A DNA stretch of 64,000 bases, from NCBI RefSeq assembly GCF_003018235.1, contig NZ_CP027437.1; one strand, 5' to 3'. Positions within the stretch are counted from its first letter, which is position 1. Each line of letters starts with the position of its first letter. The notes below the pieces were generated by a model, which was not told where the DNA came from, made no database searches, and saw nothing but the letters and a program-made list of their open reading frames with translations. Made by a program: the position numbers and the translations under genes. This stretch comes from Escherichia coli. Lineage in GTDB: Bacteria > Pseudomonadota > Gammaproteobacteria > Enterobacterales > Enterobacteriaceae. Below are positions 6,947 to 16,502 of the stretch, in pieces.

Positions 6947-9784
6947 TTATTCAAAATAACGTTCAAAGTTATAAGCACTTTGTAATGAGGCCCGCTTACC
7001 CTTTTTAGCTAGATCTATACCACCACTTCTTAAACCCTCATCAAAACTTCCGAGCACATCATAAAAATGTGACATTTCATGAATCAAAGTTATGACTTGT
7101 GAATCACGACCGTCCAGGGGATCGTCAATAAATTTATTTCCAAGATAAATGGTATGGGTATAATCTCCATCATTAACTCTTCCATGAACATTAACATCCA
7201 TAAATTCAAAATTTTGGTACTTAATCCCCTCATTAATTTCAATTTCTTTTTTTACAGCGTTTAAAATTTTATTCCTGGCTGCCTCATCATCAACACCGAA
7301 TATATTTCCAAAACGCTCTTTATCGTTATCATTCCAACGAATCAACTCATCTCTTGCTGATTTTAATTTTTTACGCTGCGCTTCAAGAACAAGTTTCATA
7401 TCATTTTCACTGATCCTTTTCTCCTCTATCATTTCATAAACAGGATTTCCATAATTATCTGTAAGAGGTTTTCCATTATATCCAATTATAGCTACTCCAT
7501 TACCCGGCCCTGATGTAGAAAAATCTCTAATTGTATTAATTTTATATTTACCATTTGCGTCACTACCGCCAGGATTCAGTGCCAAGTGAGTAGGTCCATC
7601 AAGGATGATAGTGCCGTCTGAATTCATCACGAGAGTGCTGCTTCCCACAGTCAACGTAATGTTCGTTGCCGCAGTCAAATGAATGGCACCAGATTTTGAT
7701 GTGATGGTAATATCCCCTTCGACAGTCTCCGTGCAGGTTCCCGTTTCTACCGTCACTTCGCGTTTACCCGTTTTCACCGTCAGAGACTGGTCACCTTCTG
7801 TCACAGTAATATCCCGGTTGCCTTTGATGGTTTCGGTGTGCTTACCCTCAACAAATTCTGTGCGATCGATTTTTACCGTAGATGTTTCGTTATGAATGAT
7901 GGTTTTCGTCCGATCTGCCTTTACCGTGTGTGTTTCGTTATTTTTCACGACGGTATTCAGATCTTTCTCCGCAAGAAACCTCACTTCTTCCGCACCTGTT
8001 TTATCGTCAAAGCGCAGCATGTTTCCGTTGGTCGGCCCGCCATACAGCGAGTGGCTGAATATCCCGCTCTGCGACGCCATGCCCGGCAATCCCCACGGCG
8101 GCATGGTGTCCTGGTTATAGGTGCGCCCTACAATGATCGGTAAATCCGGGTCGCCGTTTTTGAAATCCACCAGCACTTCCTGGCCGATGCGCGGGATCTG
8201 GATCATCCCGAATCCTTTCCCCGCCCACGGGTAGCTGACGCGGATCCAGCAGGAGCTGTTTTCGTCATTCTTTCCGTAACGGTCCCAGCCAAACTGGACC
8301 TTCACCCGGCCATATTTATCCGTCCAGATTTCCTGCCCCGCAGGGCCGGTGACGATGGCGCTCTGCGGGCCTTTGGTGTGGGGTTTGCTCAGGGTTCGCT
8401 GTGGGCGGTAAACTTCGCTGGTGGGATGCAGTTCAAACGTGGTGACATAGGTAAAATGCTGCTCCTGACCGCTGTGCTGCGCATTATCCCGTAAAAACAG
8501 CGTGGTCTGTACCAGTAGGTATTCCTGGTTGACCTCTGCCGTTGGATGATTCATCAGCGTAAAGGTGTAACCCGTCATGAGGGTGCGGATATGACCTGCC
8601 CCATGTGCCCGGCTGCCGGGGCTGCGCTGCGCTTCCATACGAATGCGCGTCAGCATCTCGCCTTCGCCCGTAGTGAAGTAATCACCAGGCCATTCATAAT
8701 GCTCGTATTCAGCATGACCGGTATCACGCGGACTAGCCACGGTACTTTTAAGCAGCGAACGAGGCTTCATAAAATCAAAATCGTCCATCACCCACTTTCC
8801 AGTACGTAGCCTCTCACTGGCCGTAATGGTGTGGATAAATTCCTTGTCCAGTTTCAGACCTTCCTGGTGCCACTCCACCAGTGGCGAGTCAGGGCACGCT
8901 TTATGACCATTGATGGCATCCGCCAGCACCAGCGTATGGCTGTTCTCGCTGTGCTCAAACCACCAGTAAATTCCCCACTCCTGCATCAGGCGCTGGATGA
9001 AATCAAAATCCGTTTCACCGTACTGTACCTGCCAGGCACGAGGTGGATAATTTTCCACCAGCCGTTTTTCCACCGGAAAGGAATATTCATCCAGTACTTC
9101 ATCGAGAATATCCACCACGGTTTTATTCTGGAACGCCTTGTAGTCGCTGGTATGGGTCAGCAGCTTCAGCCATGGCTCAATGCGTAATTCATACGTTACC
9201 GAACGGCCCTCATGGCCGACCACCCGCGCTGCCGTCACCAGCCCGCTGATATACCGTTTTTCGCCACCGTCCAGTTCAATACTGACGCACAGGTCTTTGC
9301 CCACCATGGGCTGAAGCGGCAGGTTGGCAGCGGGAGAAACGTAACCCAGGTTCAGGATGTCCGGCGTTTTAAGCTGTACTGTGTAGGAAAACAGATTCCC
9401 AAGTCCTTCCGAACCATTCATGCCTGCAAACAAAAGCAACTGCGGCGGCACCGCGCTACCACTTACTGTGACGTTATGCGCCCCCGGACCACCGGCTGCA
9501 AGCGACGACGCCGCATCCTGAACTGTACCAGCCATATCCGAGATCCCTACTGCAGCAGCGGCAGCCTGCGCAGCAGTTACTGCAGCTTTAACCAGACCTG
9601 ACGGTTCCGGCAACGCACCAAACAGGTCCGCCGCGGCCTGTTCTGCCATCTCCTCGGCGGCACCAGATACATCGGTTACGGCTGAACTGGCGCTTACAGC
9701 ACTACTTTCTCCGGCTATCGGTGGCGTGGAGATAGCTGGCCCACCGTTACTGCCAGATTTATTACTCGTAGATACAAAACTCAT
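6947..9784 (-). CDS. vgrG: Evolved VgrG spike protein, 945 aa. It has an Ala/Ser-rich N-terminal extension and a C-terminal aspzincin-like (M35-like) zinc metallopeptidase domain.
   Basis: gp27/gp5-like core ([12 protein letters not shown]..., beta-helix repeats [25 protein letters not shown]...). The last roughly 207 aa are AT-rich and contain TLIHEMSHF (HExxH at nt 7067-7081). An Asp lies 9 residues after the second His (GSFDEGL), which is the aspzincin spacing. SD AAGGAA lies before the ATG at 9784. Confidence 0.9.
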   Translation of the reverse strand: MSFVSTSNKSGSNGGPAISTPPIAGESSAVSASSAVTDVSGAAEEMAEQAAADLFGALPEPSGLVKAAVTAAQAAAAAVGISDMAGTVQDAASSLAAGGPGAHNVTVSGSAVPPQLLLFAGMNGSEGLGNLFSYTVQLKTPDILNLGYVSPAANLPLQPMVGKDLCVSIELDGGEKRYISGLVTAARVVGHEGRSVTYELRIEPWLKLLTHTSDYKAFQNKTVVDILDEVLDEYSFPVEKRLVENYPPRAWQVQYGETDFDFIQRLMQEWGIYWWFEHSENSHTLVLADAINGHKACPDSPLVEWHQEGLKLDKEFIHTITASERLRTGKWVMDDFDFMKPRSLLKSTVASPRDTGHAEYEHYEWPGDYFTTGEGEMLTRIRMEAQRSPGSRAHGAGHIRTLMTGYTFTLMNHPTAEVNQEYLLVQTTLFLRDNAQHSGQEQHFTYVTTFELHPTSEVYRPQRTLSKPHTKGPQSAIVTGPAGQEIWTDKYGRVKVQFGWDRYGKNDENSSCWIRVSYPWAGKGFGMIQIPRIGQEVLVDFKNGDPDLPIIVGRTYNQDTMPPWGLPGMASQSGIFSHSLYGGPTNGNMLRFDDKTGAEEVRFLAEKDLNTVVKNNETHTVKADRTKTIIHNETSTVKIDRTEFVEGKHTETIKGNRDITVTEGDQSLTVKTGKREVTVETGTCTETVEGDITITSKSGAIHLTAATNITLTVGSSTLVMNSDGTIILDGPTHLALNPGGSDANGKYKINTIRDFSTSGPGNGVAIIGYNGKPLTDNYGNPVYEMIEEKRISENDMKLVLEAQRKKLKSARDELIRWNDNDKERFGNIFGVDDEAARNKILNAVKKEIEINEGIKYQNFEFMDVNVHGRVNDGDYTHTIYLGNKFIDDPLDGRDSQVITLIHEMSHFYDVLGSFDEGLRSGGIDLAKKGKRASLQSAYNFERYFE

Positions 9785-9808
9785 GATATTTATTCCTTTA
9801 ATATCGGA

Positions 9809-10180
9809 TTAGAATTTAGCGCCCGGCGGCCAGAAAAAATAAGAAATAACCCGCCACTGTCCATCTTTATAATGAAAAAAACATGTCAGATTTAAATCCC
9901 CCCGCAAATGCCAAAACATTTCTTTGATGGGAATATTTCTGAATTTAGGATTTGTTGAGCGATAGGTGTTTTCAATTTCTATATAATACTCACCGACAAA
10001 TTTATAACGAGGATTTATAAATTCATACGCTGGCTGACCATAGTTATTTAATAGAACATTCTCTTCAACTCCATTATACACACCACTCGCATTCAGATAA
10101 GCATGCCCAGGAATATCAGACATGCTATTTTTCGCCCCACCCACTATCAAAAAAATTACCACAGCGTATATTAGTTTCAT
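9809..10180 (-). CDS. Secreted (signal-peptide) small protein, 123 aa. Putative periplasmic immunity for the upstream HELGH metallopeptidase.
   Basis: N-terminus MKLIYAVVIFLIVGGAKN is a classical signal sequence. Its start overlaps the upstream stop as ATGA (10177-10180). AT-rich. Confidence 0.6.
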   Translation of the reverse strand: MKLIYAVVIFLIVGGAKNSMSDIPGHAYLNASGVYNGVEENVLLNNYGQPAYEFINPRYKFVGEYYIEIENTYRSTNPKFRNIPIKEMFWHLRGDLNLTCFFHYKDGQWRVISYFFWPPGAKF

Positions 10181-10911
10181 TTTTTTACGCTTTTCACAAA
10201 AAAATTAGAACCCGGAACCATTCTATTTAACCGCTCAATGACATTTCCCATATAACGAGAGCGCAGTTCCATACCAATATTCATTAACGCACTGGCGTCC
10301 CCGGAGAATGGTGTAGTTGCTTTATCTGCATCATCACTATAGTATTCATCAGCAAGATATCCAATAATATGCCCAAGCTCGTGAGACAGCCCTATTTGCT
10401 CATGGCAAACTTTTGATGAGCCAAGACATTTAGCTGCTGCAACTATATCTTTAGAGTCAAGTTCAACGTATCGACTATTCCAGACAATGGAACTCTGTCG
10501 AAAACTATTTGGATCATCATTATCAATTTTAAACACCACCACATCCCAATACCCATGACGATCAGTCTGAATTATTTCTATTGAGAAAGATAAATCCTTA
10601 CCATTAAACTTACTGGCAAACTCAGACTTCCCAGAAACGGATAAAAAAATCTTATTATTCCATGTTTGATTAATGACAAAAATAACTTCCCCATGAAAGG
10701 TATTTTTCTCCAAATCTGTCCAGTCAGTTTTTGCATCCCATCTTTTTATCCAATTATATTTCCATCTCAGCAACAATGAGATTGCACCATTTTCACGGTC
10801 AATTCTTAAATCTCCCCAGGCATCATTGTCCCTGAAATATCGTTTATCCAGCATTAAGTCGTCATAAGCATCGTATGCCTGCTGAATAGCCTCATCATGA
10901 GAGTTACCCAT
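10177..10911 (-). CDS. Putative T6SS effector: zinc metallopeptidase with a HELGH motif, 244 aa
   Basis: HExxH at nt 10369-10383 in the context GLSHELGHIIGYLADEY, followed by ALMNIG (a possible Met-turn). Strong SD AAGGAGG lies 5 nt before the ATG at 10911; the tool's GTG at 10917 lies inside the SD. No signal peptide. Located between tagF and vgrG. Confidence 0.65.
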   Translation of the reverse strand: MGNSHDEAIQQAYDAYDDLMLDKRYFRDNDAWGDLRIDRENGAISLLLRWKYNWIKRWDAKTDWTDLEKNTFHGEVIFVINQTWNNKIFLSVSGKSEFASKFNGKDLSFSIEIIQTDRHGYWDVVVFKIDNDDPNSFRQSSIVWNSRYVELDSKDIVAAAKCLGSSKVCHEQIGLSHELGHIIGYLADEYYSDDADKATTPFSGDASALMNIGMELRSRYMGNVIERLNRMVPGSNFFVKSVKK

Positions 10912-10943
10912 GATCACCTCCTTATATTGCTATATATCCAATA

Positions 10944-11037
10944 AACCTGAAGATGCTTGCTTACCCACCAATGCAGACGGGACCAAGGGTAGCCTGAAGT
11001 CAACAGATAGCAATCAACTTGAAGTTCATGGGTATAT
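10944..11037. repeat. ERIC/IRU-related remnant (partial)
   Basis: The segment gtcaacagatagcaatcaacttgaagttcatgggtata resembles the right arm of the ERIC copy at 16018-16055 (gtcaacgcagaggcaacctgaaggataaggtgtata). Alignment was by eye only. Confidence 0.3.
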
Positions 11038-11102
11038 TTTTTCCCCATCTACACGTTTATCGTCATATTTTTGTATAGCTATTCTCAGCATTCGTGGGCA
11101 CA

Positions 11103-11867
11103 TTATTTTTTCTCCAGTCGCAAAGCATCCACATACCGCCCTTCGCTGTTCTGCTGCCAGAACCAGCCCTGCCCCTGCTGCGCCTGCGTCAGCATTTTGT
11201 CCGGCCAGCCCGGCCACGGCAGGTGGCGCACACCGGGCAGTTCCACTACCGGCGCATCCGGCAGCCCGGTGAGTTCCCGGCTACGCTGCGGCACACGTCG
11301 TAGGCCGCGCAGCCATTGCGTCCAGCGCTGCCCCGGTCGCCACATCGCCCAGAGCTGGTCGGCCTGCTCTGCCAGTCGCCCGCGCCGTTCCGCCTGTGGT
11401 GCAACCTGCGCCGCCACCAGCCGCGCCAGCCAGTACAGCCAGCCCTGTGTGTCATCCAGGCTCTCTTCCAGCCATTCCCGCCCGGCACACTGGTAAATCA
11501 CCAGTGGCCACGGCCTGCCCGTACTGTCACGCGAGGCGGTCAGTACCCCGGTCAGCCACTCATCGCGCCCACCAATGGGTAAAAATCCCGGCGATAAAAC
11601 AAAGCTCCACGGTAGCGGATGGTGTTCCGGCACCGCCGTTTTCTCGCGCGGTGACAGATGCATCCAACCGTCAGTTACTCCGGTCTTCGCAGCATCCGTT
11701 CCTTCCGGCAGAACAATATGCCGCCCCTGTCCCAGCCACGTCTGCTGGTTCAGCCACGCCTGCCACACCTGCCCTTCGTTCGCACTCACCCGCCAGCGCA
11801 CATAGTCCCGCTGGTCCGGCAGTCTGCCGAACATCGCCGGAGCCGATACCACTGCCCGGCGAATCAC
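11103..11867 (-). CDS. tagF: TagF (DUF2094) T6SS accessory protein, 254 aa
   Basis: N-terminal FGRLPDQRDYV matches the TagF signature GKLPxxGDFV. GTGA overlap with the tssM stop. An alternative ATG start exists at 11834. Confidence 0.75.
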   Translation of the reverse strand: MIRRAVVSAPAMFGRLPDQRDYVRWRVSANEGQVWQAWLNQQTWLGQGRHIVLPEGTDAAKTGVTDGWMHLSPREKTAVPEHHPLPWSFVLSPGFLPIGGRDEWLTGVLTASRDSTGRPWPLVIYQCAGREWLEESLDDTQGWLYWLARLVAAQVAPQAERRGRLAEQADQLWAMWRPGQRWTQWLRGLRRVPQRSRELTGLPDAPVVELPGVRHLPWPGWPDKMLTQAQQGQGWFWQQNSEGRYVDALRLEKK

Positions 11868-14800
11868 AGCGCTCGCTCCGGGCAGGCGAAGCGTTGCAAT
11901 AGTCCGCGATCCACTGGGTCAAAATCCCGTCCGGCGGTGATTTCCAGTATCACCCGCCGACCATCAAAGCTGTACTCCACCTGCTGTGTTCCCCGTACCG
12001 CCGTTTCTTGCGCTTTTCCCGCATCCAGCAGGTGAAACAGCGCCCACGGTCCATTAGTCAGCAGCGTCGAGGTGTCCTGGCGGATGCGCGGGCTGGCGGT
12101 TATTTCCGCCATTGAGCCGTTGCGCGGACCCGGCCAGTTAACTTTCAGCGGCCTGACCGGGCCGTGAGCGTAACGCAGTACCTGGCCGTCAATGTCAATC
12201 ACCAGTTCGGTGATGGCCGGGTCCATATCCACGACGCGGACCTGCATCGCCCATGAGAACTTTTTCCCTCCGTCGCCGTTAAAAAACACGCTGCGGATCT
12301 GTTTCGCCTCCTGAAACGGCGTCAGGTCCGGCCCCTGTAAGGTCATGTTGCCTTCGGTCGGTTTGTAGCGCCACGGATTGCTGGCGGTGTCCGCCTGTGG
12401 GGCCAGTTGCTTCGTCCAGAAGGCATCCAGCACGCCGCCGCTGGCAAAGATACGGTTAAAATCGTCCGCGCTGACCTCCTGCGGGCTGTCGGTGAAGGGG
12501 TAGCGCCCGTCGATGGCGTCGCGGCACTCATCACCGATCACCGCTTCCATCTGCGCGTTCAGCACTTCACCGGTGCCGGCGTTGATTTTTCGCGTTCCCT
12601 GCTGCGTGAGATCCAGCAGAATATTTTTCAGCGGCGCGGGCAGTTTTGCCGCCTCCAGTTGCAGTTTATCCGCCGCAGAAATGCGCCCCGGCAGAGTGCT
12701 CGCAGCCAGCGCACTGTCGGCAATGGTGAGCTGAGTGTAATACTCATTGAGCATCGTCAGCAGCGAATTTAATTGCGGCACGCCGCCGCCCTGCCCGCTG
12801 TCCGTCCGCCCGGAAACCACTTCCCGCAGGGCGGCGAAGCGGTCTTCCACCAGTGATTTTTCCAGCCGCTCTTCCGGGTGAATGTCCTGCAACAGCTTCG
12901 CCGTCTGCACCGCTTTTCCCGCATTGCCGGAGAGCCGGTCCTGCGCGCGCTGGGCCATCTGCTTTTGTCTGGCCTGCGCATCCAGAGGCGGCACCAGCGT
13001 GGTCTGCACCACCACCGCTTTACTCAGGCGCATCAGCGGGGAATCCGGCGAGGCCAGAGTGCGGAGCACCTGAAGGTCATACGCTAGTCCAGGGCTACCG
13101 TCCTCCCCGGCGCTGTTGATGCTGTGAATGCTTGCCAGAAAATCCTGCCATCGGCGAGCATATTCAGCCAGGTACAGACGACGTACCTCACGGGTAACCG
13201 GGAGTTCCTGCCCCGGTAGCTGACTCATCACAATATCAGTCGTTTTTTTTTGCGCACTTTCCCGGCCCATCACCCAGGCGTCGTCCGCTGATGCGGCGGC
13301 GACAAACTCCGACAGCCGTTTGTCGAACAGTTCCCGGTAGCCTTCGCGGGTGAAGATGCCGGGCACGCCCCTGTCCAGCGGCGCGCCATCCGTGCGGACA
13401 AAAACCGTTCCCGCATCCGCGCCCACAGCGCGAACCAGCGAAAACTCCTGCGGTGCTTCGCTCTCCATGGAAGCCAGGGCTCGAGTGTAGATACGCTCAG
13501 TGCTGTTATGGCCGTCAAGGAAGGCCCGCGCCTGGCGGATCAGCCCCTCATCTTTTTCCCAGGGCGAATGCACCACGCGGCTGCCGTCAAACAGGGCGTC
13601 AATATGCTCCAGCACGGCTGCGCGACCGCCAAACTCCGCTACGCTGTCGCGGTTGTCCAGATCGTTCAGCACCCAGGCGTGGATCTCCGCCGCGTTGTAT
13701 TTGTCCTCGTGGTCCTTATCGAGGTTCAGCAGCAGATAAACATGCAGGGCGTCATAGGCGGCTTTGCTGTCCTGACGCGCAATCGCATCTGAAAGCACGT
13801 ATTCCATTCGTTTCACCAGCGGAGGGAGCAGTAGCTGGTCCAGCAGGCGGTCATACAGGGATGCGACACTCTCCATCACCGGCGGGACGCTGTAAAGACC
13901 ATAACGCCAGGCCAGCGGCGGCGAGTCCGGGTCCATCCCCGGCCAGGCAGAGAGCGCCCGCGCCTGATTCAGCAGGGCCGGAACAGGCTGCATAGCAGGT
14001 TTTCCGGTATAGGCTTTGACATCACCATCCAGTTGGGTCGTCCGGCTGGCGATTTCATTCAGATAACCGCTGTTACCCTGCTGGCTACCCTGCATTCCCT
14101 GCCACAACCAGAAAACCAGCGCCAATACCAGCAGATGCCCGCCGGTACGCAGCAGGCGATAACGCCAGGCCCATTGAAGATTCGGCTCCACCAGGTGCGC
14201 TTCGCGGAAGATAAACCGCGTCAGTAGATCGTGCAGGAAATAGCTGCGGTTGCCGTCCGGCAGGGTATGGGATGGGGAATCTGCCTTCCCTTTGATCGCC
14301 CGGACAAAACGCTGCCAGATGCCTGTCTGATCGGCCACCGCGTCTGCCTGCGCCTGCGCGGCACTGGTGAAAAATACGCCGCGCAGGGTGTTGTTAAGCT
14401 GGGTAGCATCAAATTTTGAATCGAGGAAAATCTGTTCAATAGCTTCCAGCAGCGGCGCGCCCAGCGCGGCAAATTCACGCGGGAAGCGGTAGAGCCGCTG
14501 ACGGCTTTTAAGGTCGTACTCTTCCTGCAACCGGGTATCCAGCCCCTGATCCAGCCGCTGTGTCAGGTTTGCCAGTTCCCGGCCACAGAGCGCATGCAGC
14601 GACTGCGGATCGCTGGCGTGACGCCTGCGGCTGTAAGGCAGGGTGAAGCCCCAGACCTGGGCTCGCAGGTGACTGGTCAACCCACGGAAATACTCCGTAA
14701 AGCCCGGCAGCAGATCCATCTTGGTGACAACCAGATAGACCGGAAAACGAATGCCCAGCGTCTCCCGCAGTTCCGCCAGCCGCGCACGCAGAGCTGCACA

Positions 14801-15730
14801 GGCAGCCAGCCGTTCCGCCGGGGACTGCGCGGTCAGATCCGCCACGTTCAGCGTCAGGATCACGCCGTTGAGCGGTGCGCCTGGGCGGTGTTTACGCAGC
14901 AGCCCCAGAAACCCCTGCCATTCCCCGGCGTTACGCTGGGTCGCGCTGATTTCGCCGCCGTCATCGTGTCGGGCATAGCGCCCGGCGGTATCAATAAGCA
15001 CTGCTTCGTTGGTAAACCACCAGTCGCAGTGCAGCGTGCCGCCGCCCGGCACGGTGAGGATATGCGCGGTCTGCTCCATCTGCTCCGCCAGCGGAAACTG
15101 TAGCCCGGTGTTAAGCAGCGCAGTGGTTTTACCATCGCCGGGGCTGCCGATAACCATAAACCACGGCAGTTCGTACAGAAAACGCTTTCCTTCCAGGACT
15201 TTTCGCCAGCCAGGAAGATCCACACGCAGTTGTTTCAGTTGCCGGATGGCGCGGCTGACAATATGGCTGACGGTACGCAGGTCGGCTTTAATTTCCCCTG
15301 CCACAGGTACGTCTTCCCCACGCGGATGCAGGAAACGGCGCAGCAGTTGTTCATCCAGACGCAGCGCCCGCCACAGCCGGTACAGGCCATACAGAGCATA
15401 AGTCAGCAGGATCAGACCGATAAGCGTCAGACGCAGCCACAGCGGCGCAAATGGATGAACATCACCGAGGGACAGCAGGGGTGAAACAAAACCGATGACC
15501 AGGCACAGAACCGTCACGCCAATGATGCTCATCGACCAGTTAACCAGCCACAGTGCGAGGAACATCAGTAACAGAACGATGGTGACTACCCGACTTCCCA
15601 CGGACGCGAGCGGATGCAGGGTGTCAAACGCCACCAGCGGCCCAACAAACCAGACCAGCAACGCCAGCATCACCACGCCAACAATGGCCAGCGCGCGGCG
15701 GGAAAACAGCATACTGAGAAATTTTTGCAT
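11864..15730 (-). CDS. tssM: TssM (IcmF-like) membrane complex protein, 1288 aa
   Basis: Three N-terminal TM segments, Walker A GSPGDGKTT, and the size and position typical of IcmF/TssM. Confidence 0.93.
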   Translation of the reverse strand: MQKFLSMLFSRRALAIVGVVMLALLVWFVGPLVAFDTLHPLASVGSRVVTIVLLLMFLALWLVNWSMSIIGVTVLCLVIGFVSPLLSLGDVHPFAPLWLRLTLIGLILLTYALYGLYRLWRALRLDEQLLRRFLHPRGEDVPVAGEIKADLRTVSHIVSRAIRQLKQLRVDLPGWRKVLEGKRFLYELPWFMVIGSPGDGKTTALLNTGLQFPLAEQMEQTAHILTVPGGGTLHCDWWFTNEAVLIDTAGRYARHDDGGEISATQRNAGEWQGFLGLLRKHRPGAPLNGVILTLNVADLTAQSPAERLAACAALRARLAELRETLGIRFPVYLVVTKMDLLPGFTEYFRGLTSHLRAQVWGFTLPYSRRRHASDPQSLHALCGRELANLTQRLDQGLDTRLQEEYDLKSRQRLYRFPREFAALGAPLLEAIEQIFLDSKFDATQLNNTLRGVFFTSAAQAQADAVADQTGIWQRFVRAIKGKADSPSHTLPDGNRSYFLHDLLTRFIFREAHLVEPNLQWAWRYRLLRTGGHLLVLALVFWLWQGMQGSQQGNSGYLNEIASRTTQLDGDVKAYTGKPAMQPVPALLNQARALSAWPGMDPDSPPLAWRYGLYSVPPVMESVASLYDRLLDQLLLPPLVKRMEYVLSDAIARQDSKAAYDALHVYLLLNLDKDHEDKYNAAEIHAWVLNDLDNRDSVAEFGGRAAVLEHIDALFDGSRVVHSPWEKDEGLIRQARAFLDGHNSTERIYTRALASMESEAPQEFSLVRAVGADAGTVFVRTDGAPLDRGVPGIFTREGYRELFDKRLSEFVAAASADDAWVMGRESAQKKTTDIVMSQLPGQELPVTREVRRLYLAEYARRWQDFLASIHSINSAGEDGSPGLAYDLQVLRTLASPDSPLMRLSKAVVVQTTLVPPLDAQARQKQMAQRAQDRLSGNAGKAVQTAKLLQDIHPEERLEKSLVEDRFAALREVVSGRTDSGQGGGVPQLNSLLTMLNEYYTQLTIADSALAASTLPGRISAADKLQLEAAKLPAPLKNILLDLTQQGTRKINAGTGEVLNAQMEAVIGDECRDAIDGRYPFTDSPQEVSADDFNRIFASGGVLDAFWTKQLAPQADTASNPWRYKPTEGNMTLQGPDLTPFQEAKQIRSVFFNGDGGKKFSWAMQVRVVDMDPAITELVIDIDGQVLRYAHGPVRPLKVNWPGPRNGSMAEITASPRIRQDTSTLLTNGPWALFHLLDAGKAQETAVRGTQQVEYSFDGRRVILEITAGRDFDPVDRGLLQRFACPERAL

Positions 15731-15935
15731 TATTGTTCAGAACTCCACATTGTAATCATCAACAATAAAAGGCCACAAGCTGAAAATGTTTTCCCGATTC
15801 AGCACAAAAAAATAGATGGCGATCCGAAACATCACTAAACCTGAAAAATAAAATTTCGCAGCATCATTTTATTTACATCATCACGCAACAACGTTGTCAT
15901 TATTAGGTTTATGCTCAATATTTTAATTTATATAC

Positions 15936-16055
15936 AAAATCATTCGAGTTGCATCAAGGCGGCAAGCGAGAGGATCCCGAAGCATTTATTCCGGTAAGTG
16001 ACTCGGGTGAACGAGTGCAGTCAACGCAGAGGCAACCTGAAGGATAAGGTGTATA
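15936..16055. repeat. ERIC (IRU) intergenic repeat element
   Basis: Matches the remembered ERIC consensus blocks (caaggcggcaag..., gtaagtgactcgggtgaacgag, gcaacctgaaggat). It has an imperfect palindromic structure. Lies in the 327-bp tldi1-tssM gap. Confidence 0.7.
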
Positions 16056-16057
16056 CA

Positions 16058-16501
16058 TCAAAATTCTCTGGATAGAATAATATAGCCATTGAATCTTACG
16101 GAACACTCATTTTCATTAATAAGGCCGGATGCAATAACAACATCTTTCCCCCTGTCATTGTTAATATAGGTATATTTTGCCACAATAGACTTAGCATGAT
16201 TTTCATAGTAGCTATCAAAATACGATTTTTCATCTAACATTGCCTTCTTATTTCTGGCTTTGTCCTTCTCATAATCAATCTTAGCCAGAGACTCTGCATA
16301 AAACTTAGACACAGGAGAAACATCAAGAACTTCTACCCTTGTTTTATCTCTTAAAATAGTAGAAGAATTTATATTCAAATCACTTTTCATTGCATCAAAT
16401 AACGACAACTCTATTGAGGCTCCAACCGTAGCGCAACCATCATTTTGTGCATATGAAATTGCAGGTATGCCAGCTAACAGGCAGATTATTACCTTGAACA
16501 T
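16058..16501 (-). CDS. tldi1: Tldi1-like periplasmic immunity protein, 147 aa from the ATG at 16501
   Basis: Signal peptide MFKVIICLLAGIPAISYA. Its start lies 1 nt after the Tlde1 stop. AT-rich. Confidence 0.65.
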   Translation of the reverse strand: MFKVIICLLAGIPAISYAQNDGCATVGASIELSLFDAMKSDLNINSSTILRDKTRVEVLDVSPVSKFYAESLAKIDYEKDKARNKKAMLDEKSYFDSYYENHAKSIVAKYTYINNDRGKDVVIASGLINENECSVRFNGYIILSREF

Positions 16502-16502
16502 A

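Noticed and set aside
11026-15838. Numerous 60-180-aa ORFs on both strands inside tagF/tssM (for example 11396-11902, 13453-13995, 14594-15103)
   Set aside because: All are nested in or antisense to long, well-supported T6SS genes. They have Arg/Pro/Ala-rich nonsense-like translations.
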